64,000 bases of DNA from a virus (IMGVR_UViG_3300046542_000332:20720-84719), one strand, 5' to 3'; shown: positions 9,071 to 19,132, numbered from the stretch's first letter. A program made the numbers and translations. The notes: generated by a model not told the origin, from the letters alone.

Positions 9071-11452
9071 TCAGCCCATACCAATCCCCCCGCTGGCGGC
9101 GTGGGCAATCTGCCGATCGTCAACGTTCTGGCTCAGCGGTACCGAGAATTGAACGCTCGGCGCGGCGGCCTTGCTCGGCGTCAGCAGCGGCTTTTCCACG
9201 GCCGGCGTGGGCGGGATCTTGAACTGAGACGCATCCGGCGCCGGTGCCGAGTAACGCGGCGCCATCATCGAGCTGGCGCTGATCGGCTTGATCGCGGCCG
9301 TCCCTATGGCAGGCGTCGACACCGTGGGCGCCATCACCCCCACGGTTTGGGCGCCAGGCATGGCCGGAGCACCCGCCGAGTGCGGGCCTATTGGCATCAC
9401 GCCCACGGCCGGGCCACCCTTGAGTGCTGCCATGGTACTGGCCAACGCGGCATTGGCTCCCTCGGGGGCTTGCACCTTGCCCTGATCGGCGCGCCGGGTA
9501 GGCGTCAGGTCGCCGGCTTGGGCCTGAGCCAGGTACCCGTCGTATTTGCCCTGGACGTCGGCCAGGCCGTTGGTACCGCCGTTGGTGAGCTTGCGGGCGC
9601 GCACCTGGTCGCCGGCCATGGCGGCCTTGTCGGCACCGGAACTCTTCCAATGCTGCACCGCGATCTGCGCCGAATACTTCGGATCCATGGCCAGGTCCGG
9701 GTTGTTCACCAGGTCGATGCCCAACTTCTTACCCATTTCAGCGTATTGAGCCTTGCCCGTTAGCTGGATGTTGCCGCGCCCCCGGTACTTGAAGCCGTCG
9801 CCCGCCTCGGTGTTGCCCATCCGCCCGCCATAGACCTTGTTGGCGATGGCTTCCGGGTTGTTGGCGTCGGTGCGCGCTTCCTCGGGGCTCTTGTAATACT
9901 TGGGGAATACCTCCTGTAGGCGCTTGGCGCTGTAGTTCAGGTTTTCCTCGTTCTTGGTGAAGCCGCCCGACTCGTGGTCGACGTTGGCCATCAGCATCGC
10001 CTTGGACTTCGGATCGGTGATCCCGCCGGCGTCCATGGCCTTAATCAGTTCATCCTTGCGCGCATTGGAGCCGCCCGTGTAGCGCCCGCTGGTGACCTTG
10101 TTTAGAACGTTCTGGCCGGCATCCTTGATCGAGGTGGCCTTGTCGCCCACGTAGTCCTTGGCGGTCTGGATCTTGTCCGCCACGGCGTCCACGGCCTTGG
10201 TAAACGAATCCTTGATACTGTCGGTCATCCCCGCCAGCAGCTTGGTACCCGTTGTGACCATGCCGTCCCAGGCGTCTTTGACCGAATCGAAGGTTTTACT
10301 GATTTTCGCGGTGATCGAGGACAGGTCGACGGTAGCCAGCCACTCGCCCACCATGCCGCCAATCTGGTCACCGATCATCGCGCCGGCAATGGCGCCCGCC
10401 GGGCCACCAAACATCCCTACCGCGCCGCCTACCAGCCCGCCGATGCCGCTCCCGACGTTCCCGTAACGCTGTTTCTTGTTCTGCTCTGGTGTCAGGTTGG
10501 GGTCATCGGACGCCAGCACATCGCTGGCCAGCATCCCGCCGCCGATCAGCGCCCCGATCAAGGGAAGCTTTTTCAGAAACTTCTTGAACTTGCTGGCGGG
10601 CGGGCTCGGGCCAGGCCCCGGACCAGGGCCGCCGCCAGGACCACCACCAGGGACAGGCGGGATCGGAGGATTCTTTTTAAATACACTGGCCACACCCTTG
10701 GCAGCCGCCGCAATCAGGCCGGTTGCCCCCGTCATCTTGCCGAGTGCCTTGATCGGCGCCAGCAGCAGGCCCAGCGTCGACAGCAAGGCCGTCATGAGCA
10801 GGCCCATACCGCCACCGCCCCCACCGGTGCCTCTTACGGCGTTCCAGATACGGCGGTACCAGCTGACGTTTTCGCGCTGCTCAGACTTGCGGCCGATGCC
10901 AAACAGGCGACCCATCGGCCTGAGGACACCCATCAGCGGCTGGAAGATGCCACCAATCTCCTTGACGGCCTGGACAGTCGGATCAATCCCGTCGGCGCCG
11001 GCTGCGACCGCACTGGCCGCGCCTTTCATGCTCTCAGCGGCATCACCCATGGCTTGGGACGCTCTAGAGGCTCTGTCGCCGCTGCCAAACCGGCCGTTCT
11101 CATCGCGCTCGGGCGGTGGCGCAGGGGGCGGCCCTGGCGGAACAGGTGCCGGGGTCGGGCCTGGCGGTACGGGGGTTGGTGGCGGACTTGGCGGCGCCGG
11201 TGGCAGTGGTGCAGGGCCGGGGGGTGGGCCTGGTGGCACGGGCGGCAAGGGCGGCGGATTGGGGGCAGGACCTGGCGGTACCGCTGGCGGGATATTCGCC
11301 ATCGAGTTGGCAATCGAGGCCAAGTGCGCCAGGGACGCTGCCGTGTCCACTTGAATCGCCCTCAGCACCGCCAGCTCTTCGGCCATCCGGTCCAAGTTTT
11401 CTTTCATGGCCGCTATCAGGAAGCCATTAGGATCCGAGGGAAGAGTGCTCAC
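9071..11452 (-). CDS. Tape-measure/injection protein (P1 Sit position) with GH19 lysozyme-like domain and Pro-rich linkers
   Basis: Gly-rich hydrophobic segments; HESGGF..ENLNYS, GDGFKYRGRGNIQLTG GH19 motifs; PPGPAP repeats. Confidence 0.8.
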   Translation of the reverse strand: MSTLPSDPNGFLIAAMKENLDRMAEELAVLRAIQVDTAASLAHLASIANSMANIPPAVPPGPAPNPPPLPPVPPGPPPGPAPLPPAPPSPPPTPVPPGPTPAPVPPGPPPAPPPERDENGRFGSGDRASRASQAMGDAAESMKGAASAVAAGADGIDPTVQAVKEIGGIFQPLMGVLRPMGRLFGIGRKSEQRENVSWYRRIWNAVRGTGGGGGGMGLLMTALLSTLGLLLAPIKALGKMTGATGLIAAAAKGVASVFKKNPPIPPVPGGGPGGGPGPGPGPSPPASKFKKFLKKLPLIGALIGGGMLASDVLASDDPNLTPEQNKKQRYGNVGSGIGGLVGGAVGMFGGPAGAIAGAMIGDQIGGMVGEWLATVDLSSITAKISKTFDSVKDAWDGMVTTGTKLLAGMTDSIKDSFTKAVDAVADKIQTAKDYVGDKATSIKDAGQNVLNKVTSGRYTGGSNARKDELIKAMDAGGITDPKSKAMLMANVDHESGGFTKNEENLNYSAKRLQEVFPKYYKSPEEARTDANNPEAIANKVYGGRMGNTEAGDGFKYRGRGNIQLTGKAQYAEMGKKLGIDLVNNPDLAMDPKYSAQIAVQHWKSSGADKAAMAGDQVRARKLTNGGTNGLADVQGKYDGYLAQAQAGDLTPTRRADQGKVQAPEGANAALASTMAALKGGPAVGVMPIGPHSAGAPAMPGAQTVGVMAPTVSTPAIGTAAIKPISASSMMAPRYSAPAPDASQFKIPPTPAVEKPLLTPSKAAAPSVQFSVPLSQNVDDRQIAHAASGGIGMG

Positions 11453-12355
11453 TTACACCCCCCCGATCACTTTACGCACCAGGTCGACGGCGTTGGCCAG
11501 CACACCGGCTTTCTTGTCCGCCTCTACGGCCTCGGGAGCCGGCTCAAGGTCTGGCAGGTCGGCTTTCATGAAACGATCAGCACTGTCGAGCATGGCCGCC
11601 GCGCGATCTGGCAGGAACTCGGCACCGCGTTGCAGCGTGTCCGGATTGAGGCTGTCGAGCATCGCGCCACCGCCATCCTTGAGGCGCTGCATCAGGCGCG
11701 CATTCTGCTCGACCAGGTCGTCATTGAGCCTGCACTGATACAGGTAGGCCTCACTGATCCCGGCCGCCTGAGCGTCGTTCTCAGCCATGATCGCGTCCAC
11801 GCTGTCCATCATGGCGGCGCACTCGCCCGCGAAGCCCAGCGACTCGATGGCGCCCGGCTCGATGCCATCCAGCATCGCGTCATAGCCCTTGTTGGTGTTG
11901 TAGTTCGGGACACGGACGAAATCCATCCCGTGGAACGTCCGGGGCGTGCGCTTGCCGTTCTCATCGGGCGCGTGGAACACTGAACTGAATCCGTAGGCCT
12001 TGCTGTCGAACAGGCGACCACCGATCCGGCCTGGCGCGTTGTTCAAAAACTCCTGCTCGTGCTCCACCGTGCCGTCGGGCAGACACTTGATGTACACCGT
12101 GCGCACGCAGGGTTCCAACACCACCACCTTTCCGCCCTCGTTAACGCTCTCAGGGACGTTGAGGCCGTATTTCTCGCGGAACGTGTGGCCGATGTAGCCG
12201 TATACGTCGCCCTGGCGCACCAGTTCCTGTACCGACGGGCCGTTGATCAGGCGCATGGCCGCGTCGATATCGACGTCACGATCCTGGCCGTTGAAGTCGC
12301 GCCCGCGCTCGTTCAAGTTGTATCTGATAACCCCTGTGCGCTTAAGCATGATCAC
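11453..12355 (-). CDS. Head-processing protease (P1 Pro-like)
   Basis: GYIGH, VEHEQEFL, GFSS, GMDFVRVPNY; follows portal as in P1 prt-pro. Confidence 0.75.
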   Translation of the reverse strand: MIMLKRTGVIRYNLNERGRDFNGQDRDVDIDAAMRLINGPSVQELVRQGDVYGYIGHTFREKYGLNVPESVNEGGKVVVLEPCVRTVYIKCLPDGTVEHEQEFLNNAPGRIGGRLFDSKAYGFSSVFHAPDENGKRTPRTFHGMDFVRVPNYNTNKGYDAMLDGIEPGAIESLGFAGECAAMMDSVDAIMAENDAQAAGISEAYLYQCRLNDDLVEQNARLMQRLKDGGGAMLDSLNPDTLQRGAEFLPDRAAAMLDSADRFMKADLPDLEPAPEAVEADKKAGVLANAVDLVRKVIGGV

Positions 12356-13956
12356 TCTTCCTCGTCTTTATCTGGCTTGCCGCCTGGTGGTGGTAACTGG
12401 AGCGGATCGGTGTCATCACCGCCGCCGAATCCCCCACCACCCATGTCAGGCGCAGGCGGTTTTGCATCCTTGATGCCCTGGGCGAAAATCTTCGCCTTCT
12501 CGGCGTCTACCTCCATCATCGTGGCCATGAATTCTTCCATCATGGGCGCTGGCAGCCCCATGTTGCGCATCATGTCCATACCCTGGAGCAGCATCACGCC
12601 GCCACTGATCGCGCGTTCTCGGCTGGCCTGTTTCTCGGCCTCAAGCGCGGCAATCGAACCGAAGAAATTCACGTCATAGGGGCGCTCATCGTCCGCCCAG
12701 CATTTGCCGGTCTTGGCCAGCATGTGACGATCGATCGTATCGTTCACCGTCTGCATAAAGGCGGTGCGGATGATCCGGGAACGCTCGGCGGCTTGGCTGC
12801 TGGTGCGGTTAAACCCGCCCTCACCCAACCCCCCCGCCATCTGGTCGGCAAAGCCCACCATGGACAGGTCAATGCCCAAGGTGCCCGCCAGCTTGCGCGC
12901 GCAAAACATCACGTCTTCGATGTTGGCGCCGGCGCCGGAATTGGAGCTGCCATTGAACGAGGTGATCGCGGTCAGCTGCTTTTCGTTGAAGGTCGGCATG
13001 ATGTGGAAATTGCGCGACGTGGCGTATTGGCCCGTCCTCACCGCTTCCTCTGCGCGCGTCTTCATGCTCTTGAGCATCTTTTCCAGCGAGTCCATGAACA
13101 GCTTCTGTTGGGCGGCTGTCATGTCCGACAGGTTGGCGCCCAGCATCGTCTCGTCAATCGATCCGGTGATGCGCTGGCCGATCATCCCGCGCAGGGCAGA
13201 AATTAGGTTGTCATAGTCAACCTCGGCCGCTTCCAGGAACGAACCACCCACCAGCGCCGGCAATGGCCGAAAATCGCGTGGATCTTTGGCTTCCATGTTG
13301 ATCTTTTGGGCGTTCTCGATGGCGCGCATCTGCGGCAGGTACACCATGCGCGGCATGCGCATACGCACCATGTCCAGATGGTTGAAGCGGCTTTGCATCT
13401 TCGGCCCTTTACTGACGATGTAACCCACCGTCTGGCCAACCTCTTCATAGGCCTGCACCAAAGGGGCGAAAGGTTCCTCGCTGTCGAAGGCAAACATTCC
13501 CTCGTTCTTTTTGGTGTAGAGCCTGGCGTAGGCGTCCCCGAAGGCGCACGCAGTGAAGCACATCCCATGCGCGTGCTTGTTGAGGATCTTGGCGATAAAT
13601 TGCAGCTCATCGACCAGCTTTTTATCGGCCGCCGAAATACCGGGCTTGGGCTCGATAAAGATCGTTTCCCCGGTCGTCTCGTGGCCGCCCAGCGCCATCT
13701 GGACGTGCAGCCTCAGGATGGTGCTGATCAGCCCGTCCTGAATCATGTAGTGCCACTTCTGATAGATCGCCGACCGGGAGCGCGCCGGGCGATCGCTCGA
13801 CCCCAGCAGCATTTCAACGCCAACGTAGTCGGCGTCAAACGTGCTGATACCTTCCATTCGGTTTTCGGGCGCCGTGCTCACCTCGCCCAGCAAAAGCTTG
13901 GCATGGCCGCTAAGCGACCCCAGCCAGCTCTTTTTCGGTTTCTTTTCGTCGGCCAT
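12352..13956 (-). CDS. Portal protein (P1 Prt-like)
   Basis: 534 aa; AFGDAYAR, GGSFLEAA, IEDVMF..RKLAG.LGID.SM.GFADQM.GGLGEGG. Confidence 0.85.
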   Translation of the reverse strand: MADEKKPKKSWLGSLSGHAKLLLGEVSTAPENRMEGISTFDADYVGVEMLLGSSDRPARSRSAIYQKWHYMIQDGLISTILRLHVQMALGGHETTGETIFIEPKPGISAADKKLVDELQFIAKILNKHAHGMCFTACAFGDAYARLYTKKNEGMFAFDSEEPFAPLVQAYEEVGQTVGYIVSKGPKMQSRFNHLDMVRMRMPRMVYLPQMRAIENAQKINMEAKDPRDFRPLPALVGGSFLEAAEVDYDNLISALRGMIGQRITGSIDETMLGANLSDMTAAQQKLFMDSLEKMLKSMKTRAEEAVRTGQYATSRNFHIMPTFNEKQLTAITSFNGSSNSGAGANIEDVMFCARKLAGTLGIDLSMVGFADQMAGGLGEGGFNRTSSQAAERSRIIRTAFMQTVNDTIDRHMLAKTGKCWADDERPYDVNFFGSIAALEAEKQASRERAISGGVMLLQGMDMMRNMGLPAPMMEEFMATMMEVDAEKAKIFAQGIKDAKPPAPDMGGGGFGGGDDTDPLQLPPPGGKPDKDEEE

Positions 13957-13991
13957 TGTCTGTACGTACGCAGTAGTCCCATTTACCGGTC

Positions 13992-14033
13992 AGCGTACAG
14001 GCGGTTTTGAGCCCTTCCGGACGGCGCTTTGCA
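13992..14033 (-). promoter_or_regulatory. Putative late promoter (TGCAAA-N30-TACGCT)
   Basis: Exact 30-nt spacer upstream of portal. Confidence 0.75.
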
Positions 14034-14053
14034 CCATCTGGAGGGCGTGCGCG

Positions 14054-14563
14054 TTAGGGTTCCAGGTCAGCGGTGACGACCTCATCAGGGCGCGGATTGA
14101 CCAGGTACTTGCGGGTGTATGGCGATATGTTCACGCTACCGGTGACGTCGACGATCTCGTAATTGATGATCAGGCCGTCACCCATCAGCAAGGCCACCAG
14201 CATGCGCTTGGCGGGCTGCACGTAGCCGGCGGCACCAGGCTCAAGGATTGGCTCGATGGACGCCTCTGTCACCCCTTCGGCGTAGTCCAGGCGCGCCCCG
14301 TTGTCGGCGGTGTTGCCCAGCGGCGCCGCATAGCCTTGAGCAAAGTGGATCTTGGCGTCACACGCATACACCCACGAGTAATTCACCTCGTCCTCATCGC
14401 TGATCACGCCCACGCCCCCCAGGTCGGGATAGCCGTCAACGCTGGCGCCCTCCGACACCCGGTCGACCTGCTTGGTGAACAGCACACAGTCGATGGCGTT
14501 TGGCTCGCGTAGCGTGCGCTGGCGGTTGGCCCGGTTGATCTGTATTGCGACGTTGTTGAGCAT
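14054..14563 (-). CDS. Head-tail joining protein (P1 gp7-like)
   Basis: 169 aa; synteny gp26-gp25-gp7. Confidence 0.5.
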   Translation of the reverse strand: MLNNVAIQINRANRQRTLREPNAIDCVLFTKQVDRVSEGASVDGYPDLGGVGVISDEDEVNYSWVYACDAKIHFAQGYAAPLGNTADNGARLDYAEGVTEASIEPILEPGAAGYVQPAKRMLVALLMGDGLIINYEIVDVTGSVNISPYTRKYLVNPRPDEVVTADLEP

Positions 14564-14566
14564 GTC

Positions 14567-15640
14567 TTAACCCTGTGCGTTGTCGGCGGCGGTGATGGCG
14601 ATACGGGCGGCCTGTTCGGAGTAGCCCAGCTTCATCATGGCCTTGATTTTCTTGTCCAGCGGCACCGGCTTGTTGACCTTCGCCGCGTGCGTTTTGCGCA
14701 ACTGATCGTTCGCCGCCTTGACCTTGGCCGCCTCGACGGCTTTGCGCTGCTGTGCGGGCTGCGCGGCACGCTCCAGGCGCTTCTCTTCGGTGGTCTTGAT
14801 CGTGCGGTCCCGCTTGCGGACGCTGGCGGCCTTGTCGAGGAACGCCTGCTGCTCTTTGACGGTCATCACCTGCTGTTTGCCGCTCAGCGTCTTGCGTCCG
14901 TACTCGATCATGCGTTGGGCGAAGTTGTTGAACGTCCCGCTATGCCCCAGCGTGCCCATCACCTTGACGACGTGCTTGCAGGCCACCCCGTACAGCTTGG
15001 GGTTGCGGATACGCGGGAAACCGTCCTCGGCCCGGCCATAGTTGAAGTTGCCAATGCTGGCGATGAACCGAAACCAGAAGGTGTGACGGTTGCAGCTGCA
15101 ATCGTATTTGACCTTACCGCGCGCCAGCAGCTTTGCCGCCTCGTGCGCCGGCTGGCCACCCGACAGCGCCGCGTCGTAGGCGAGGAACTGCACCATCACC
15201 GTATGGCGCGCGACGTTGGAGTTTGGCCCGGAGTTGGTCTGAAACTGCACCACGCCGCCCCGGTTGACGATCGGCATCACCGAATGGATTTGCCGGTTGG
15301 CGCGCTCCCTGTCCTGCGGCGTGGACAGGTCGATCACCTTCTTGACCAGGATCCCGCCAGACGCCTGCTTGCTGTGCTGGCCGTGCATGCGCTGAATGTC
15401 TTTGACGGCAGCCTTAAACGCCAGGATGTCGTCAAAGGTGAGCATGCGGGGCTTGCCGTCAATCGTGGTGAACAGCGCCCGCTTCGGATCGTACAGGCCG
15501 CCCATGTCGTCGGCCGACAGAATCCGGTCCTGGTCGCCAAGCCGGCGCTTTAGATCGAACTCAAACGCCTCGCGGGCCTCCTTGGCGGCCTTGCGCGCAT
15601 CCTGTACCAGATTCGACCGCTGATCATTGGCCGCCATCAA
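14567..15640 (-). CDS. P1 gp25-like morphogenesis protein with SWIM-type zinc finger
   Basis: DCSCNRH..WFRFIA..GNF...FPRIRNP...GVACKH. Confidence 0.75.
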   Translation of the reverse strand: MMAANDQRSNLVQDARKAAKEAREAFEFDLKRRLGDQDRILSADDMGGLYDPKRALFTTIDGKPRMLTFDDILAFKAAVKDIQRMHGQHSKQASGGILVKKVIDLSTPQDRERANRQIHSVMPIVNRGGVVQFQTNSGPNSNVARHTVMVQFLAYDAALSGGQPAHEAAKLLARGKVKYDCSCNRHTFWFRFIASIGNFNYGRAEDGFPRIRNPKLYGVACKHVVKVMGTLGHSGTFNNFAQRMIEYGRKTLSGKQQVMTVKEQQAFLDKAASVRKRDRTIKTTEEKRLERAAQPAQQRKAVEAAKVKAANDQLRKTHAAKVNKPVPLDKKIKAMMKLGYSEQAARIAITAADNAQG

Positions 15641-15945
15641 CGAACCGTCCTAACAGCCGTCGTGATCCCGCACCGCTCCTTGAGATAGCGCAGATACGCC
15701 ACCGTAGGCAGCACAAGATCCTGCTCCTTGAGCGGCGCGTCGACATTGGGTAGACCAGCAGCGGCCAGGATCACGCGCGTCTCTGTCGGATCACCAAAGG
15801 CCCGCCGCGCCACCGCCGACAGATTGTGTCGGTCAGCGGGTAGCGTGCGGATCACCTGGCAGTTGGCGGAATAGCTCGGCTCAGTGGTGGCGAACCGGCG
15901 CACCTCGCGATAAAACCGTGACTCTTCGATCATGTCCCACCCCAT
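15637..15945 (-). CDS. Baseplate protein with LysM-like fold (P1 gp26-like)
   Basis: FYREVRRF, LSAVARRAFGD....VILAAAGL......L.LPT. Confidence 0.7.
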   Translation of the reverse strand: MGWDMIEESRFYREVRRFATTEPSYSANCQVIRTLPADRHNLSAVARRAFGDPTETRVILAAAGLPNVDAPLKEQDLVLPTVAYLRYLKERCGITTAVRTVR

Positions 15946-15961
15946 GGAATGCTAGGGCGGT

Positions 15962-16004
15962 AGTGTCACATGCAGGGAAAGGGGGGAGAGATTCCGGGTT
16001 TGCA
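15962..16004 (-). promoter_or_regulatory. Putative late promoter (TGCAAA-N31-GACACT)
   Basis: Same motif, 31-nt spacer, upstream of gp26-like gene. Confidence 0.6.
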
Positions 16005-16090
16005 CGCCCGCCGCGCAGGGCGAAAGTCTAAGTTTTACAGGGTAATTTGGACGTAATGACCAATCGATTTAGACAAGCGCGCGGCGGGGT

Positions 16091-16324
16091 TTATTCAGTG
16101 GTCAGCTGGTGGCGCAGCGCTTTGGCTTCGTTGGCCAGCAATTTGGAGCGCTCAGCGGCTTCTACAGCCTTCGTCTCAAGGGCGATGAGCACGGCCGGCA
16201 ACTGCCTCGGCGGAACGTTCTTACCCCAGCAATACACCGTCTGATACGCCACGCCCAAGGCCTCAGCAATCACTTTCTTGTTGCCCATCAGCTCAACCAA
16301 TCGTGCTACTTCCATACATCTCAC
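16091..16324 (-). CDS. Cro-like HTH protein
   Basis: GNKKVIAEALGVAYQTVYCWGKNVP. Confidence 0.8.
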   Translation of the reverse strand: MRCMEVARLVELMGNKKVIAEALGVAYQTVYCWGKNVPPRQLPAVLIALETKAVEAAERSKLLANEAKALRHQLTTE

Positions 16325-16418
16325 CCTGAATTAAACGCCATGCACCTATAAGATTTATTCAGCATACCACAAGGTTGATCAGCGCTATGCGGCCGGTGCT
16401 CTGGCGTTTCTTCCAGAC

Positions 16419-16448
16419 AAAAAGAAGCCCGCACAGGGCGGGCTTTGG
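16419..16448 (-). terminator. Rho-independent terminator
   Basis: AAGCCCGC-N5-GCGGGCTT followed by T-rich run on minus strand. Confidence 0.75.
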
Positions 16449-16525
16449 TCTATTTAGTTGCCTGCTGATTGATATCCGCACGGCCACCTGAATCAGCAGC
16501 CGTATTCATTGGAATTTCCCAAGCG

Positions 16526-18949
16526 TCAGTACAGCCTGAACCAGTTGAGACTAGATGCGCGCCATATGTAGGCGAAGCCAGCACCCGCCGAGAGCGTCGT
16601 TGGCTTGGCGTTGACCGTGTGGCCGGTCGTGCCAGTGCCTGCCGAGACGGTCAGGGCAGTGATGATTCGGTTTGTCGCAACTTTCACCTCCATGCCATCA
16701 ACAGGGTTGACGGGCAGCAATACGGTGTACGCGGCCAGGGTCGCGGCTGGGTTCAGGATCACGGTCGGGGCGTTATCGGGAACCTGGAAACTACCGCCAT
16801 CAGCGGCAACGATTGCCGAATATTGCCGGTCAGAGTTTGCAGAGTCGCCGCTGTAGCCAATCACGCGAACGTTGCCTAACTTACCCCCGCTATTGTCTTT
16901 CCATTCGCCGGTCACGTTGCCGCGCAGGCTGCCGCCGAGCCAGTTACAGTCAACGGCCCCGGCCGCCGCTTCAAACCCATACTTATGCTTCGGCGTACCT
17001 ACGCCAGGCCCTGAGCTTGCTCCGGTTTCGCAACCAATAGCGTTAAACGTATTGGCGGTGGTATCACAGAACACAGCAGAGTACGCAGCAGAGCCCGACT
17101 GTGAGTTGCCGCCCATGTTAACGCCGTTCAGTTTTACCTTACTGCCTGCGTTGTACAGGCCGCATTTGAAGTTACCGGAAATCTTGCGGCCTTTGGCTGA
17201 AACGTTTACAACGCCAGCGCCGACATACAGCCCGTGTCCACTAACGCTGCCATGTAGGTAGCTGTCAGTGAAGTGGATGTCTTGACCTGACTCGATGCGC
17301 GCCGTGTCACCATAGACAAACTCCACCTCTGCATCGTAATACGCTGCAAATCCGCCAGCCGTAGTGGCCGCACTGTTGACGTGATGAATACCGGTGCTGG
17401 TCTTTAGTACCACCAGACCAAACGCCTGGATCGTGTTGAAGTTACCGTCAATGGTAAAACCGCGCGGACGCGAAGCAGCATCAATCGACTCATTAGCGGT
17501 CAGTGTCAGGCCAAAAATCTTCAACAGGTCTGAACGCTCGACAGTACCATCACCCAAGAACAGGTCAGTACCTCGGTAATAGGCCATCTGCGTGTTCATG
17601 ATAACAGTTGTATTGGCCTTCTTAACCCTGATCCCGTTCCAGCCATTGGCGCCGCGCACGTTGGCGATGGTGCAGATGTTGGAGCCGTTGACGACCAAAG
17701 AATAGCCGCCCGTCATCAGGGCCGCATCAATGCGCAGAGTGTCAACCCCGCACCCATTCCCGCTGTTAGAAGCGAAAGTGAGAATGTCGAATGTCCCGCC
17801 CAGGGCTTTAATTGTGCTGCGAATGCTCGCACCGCGAACGCTCTGATACTGCGCGGCACAAGTCAAACCTACCGTTGTGCCGTATGTTTTTTCACCCAGA
17901 TACATCGACAAACCGGTAGCCAAGTGCGCCGTCAGCGCCGCGCCGTCGTCGGAGCCATCACCTTTTGCGCCAAACCACTCCGGGCACGGAGCGCGGTCAA
18001 ATACACGCAGCCAGCGGCGACCATCACTGCCAACGATAGTGGTGCCGCCATTGTCTACGGCCAGACTGCCGGCATCCCAGTAAAACACACCATACAAGCC
18101 AGATTGCGTCAACCAAACCCGCGTAGCCGGCCCCGTGTAGTTTCGCAGGTCGGTGTAATTCCCCATCTTCTTGGACAGGTTCATCTGCGCGCCGACTGTT
18201 GAGCCATCCCAACTGACCTCAGCCGCACCCTTAGCAGGATCATTGCCGTCGGCCAAGTCCTGACGCAACGCCATGTCGTTGGCCACGACGAACTTGGTAA
18301 CGTCCGTCACCCACTCGGTGGTTTCAAACGGCAAGGCCTCAGCCCGTGGGCGGTACAGGACGTCGTTTTGCGTCACCGTCTGCGCTGGGCGAATGACCGC
18401 GATTCCAGGCGCATAAGGCACCGACATTTCAAGCGCCAGACCACCAAGGTAGGTGTGATAGTCCGCTGTGCGCTCGGCTTTCTCGGCTTGATAGTTCGCC
18501 GCGTTCTCGGCAGCGAGCCCATCCTGTAGGTCGTCGAAATTCTGAATCAGGTCGTCAAAGCGGGCGTTAACGACAATGCGCATCGGCGCGCCGTTGACGT
18601 AACTCCCTGGAGCGTCGAGCGTGAATTTCTTCGCGTCGTTGATGGTGAAGGCATAGTCAAGCAATCCGCCGGTGATCAAGGCCATGCTGGCGGTCGTTAC
18701 CGTACTGTCGCCACTGATCACGCCGACATCGTATTGCGCCTGGCCGGTCACAAACGTGAACGGATACTGCTTGTTGACCTTGTTGAGGCTGGCCACTGAT
18801 GCAGCGGCGGCGGCGGCGTCTGTAGCGGCCTGCTGCGCCTCTGTAACGGCTTCATCGCTGCGATCCACGGCATCGACAGCAGCCAGGCGCAGAGCCTCGT
18901 TAGAAATCGCCAGCGCATCCACTGACTGCGCAAGCTGTAAATAGGACAT
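16526..18949 (-). CDS. Tailspike/depolymerase with pectate-lyase-like beta-helix
   Basis: ATG 18949 with GGAGG RBS; DNGGTTIV...GRRWLR, PEWFGAKGDG tailspike motif, followed by beta-helix-like repeats. Confidence 0.85.
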   Translation of the reverse strand: MSYLQLAQSVDALAISNEALRLAAVDAVDRSDEAVTEAQQAATDAAAAAASVASLNKVNKQYPFTFVTGQAQYDVGVISGDSTVTTASMALITGGLLDYAFTINDAKKFTLDAPGSYVNGAPMRIVVNARFDDLIQNFDDLQDGLAAENAANYQAEKAERTADYHTYLGGLALEMSVPYAPGIAVIRPAQTVTQNDVLYRPRAEALPFETTEWVTDVTKFVVANDMALRQDLADGNDPAKGAAEVSWDGSTVGAQMNLSKKMGNYTDLRNYTGPATRVWLTQSGLYGVFYWDAGSLAVDNGGTTIVGSDGRRWLRVFDRAPCPEWFGAKGDGSDDGAALTAHLATGLSMYLGEKTYGTTVGLTCAAQYQSVRGASIRSTIKALGGTFDILTFASNSGNGCGVDTLRIDAALMTGGYSLVVNGSNICTIANVRGANGWNGIRVKKANTTVIMNTQMAYYRGTDLFLGDGTVERSDLLKIFGLTLTANESIDAASRPRGFTIDGNFNTIQAFGLVVLKTSTGIHHVNSAATTAGGFAAYYDAEVEFVYGDTARIESGQDIHFTDSYLHGSVSGHGLYVGAGVVNVSAKGRKISGNFKCGLYNAGSKVKLNGVNMGGNSQSGSAAYSAVFCDTTANTFNAIGCETGASSGPGVGTPKHKYGFEAAAGAVDCNWLGGSLRGNVTGEWKDNSGGKLGNVRVIGYSGDSANSDRQYSAIVAADGGSFQVPDNAPTVILNPAATLAAYTVLLPVNPVDGMEVKVATNRIITALTVSAGTGTTGHTVNAKPTTLSAGAGFAYIWRASSLNWFRLY

Positions 18950-18966
18950 GCTGCCTCCACGGTGCT

Positions 18967-19014
18967 CGAAAGCCACTTAATTAGGCGCCAGTTTATGGCG
19001 CCAAAAAGTGGCTC
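18967..19014. repeat. 48-bp direct repeat copy 1 (palindromic, contains late -10)
   Basis: 45/48 identical to 22033-22080. Confidence 0.9.
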
Positions 19015-19031
19015 CGAGGCCGGGGTTTGCA
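18990..19031 (-). promoter_or_regulatory. Putative late promoter (TGCAAA-N30-TAAACT)
   Basis: Exact 30-nt spacer. Confidence 0.8.
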
Positions 19032-19052
19032 GGGTTTCAGGCGGTTTTCAGA

Positions 19053-19081
19053 CAAAGAAAAGCCCGCACTTGGCGGGCTCT
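19053..19081 (-). terminator. Rho-independent terminator
   Basis: AGCCCGC-N6-GCGGGCT plus T-rich tail on minus strand. Confidence 0.7.
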
Positions 19082-19132
19082 CATTGCAACTACAAAAAAC
19101 TGCTTAGTGGCGACCTGGAACCGCTTTCAAAC

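Noticed and set aside
11100-11300. Repetitive GC-rich DNA
   Set aside because: Explained by proline-rich coding sequence; not a CRISPR array or VNTR
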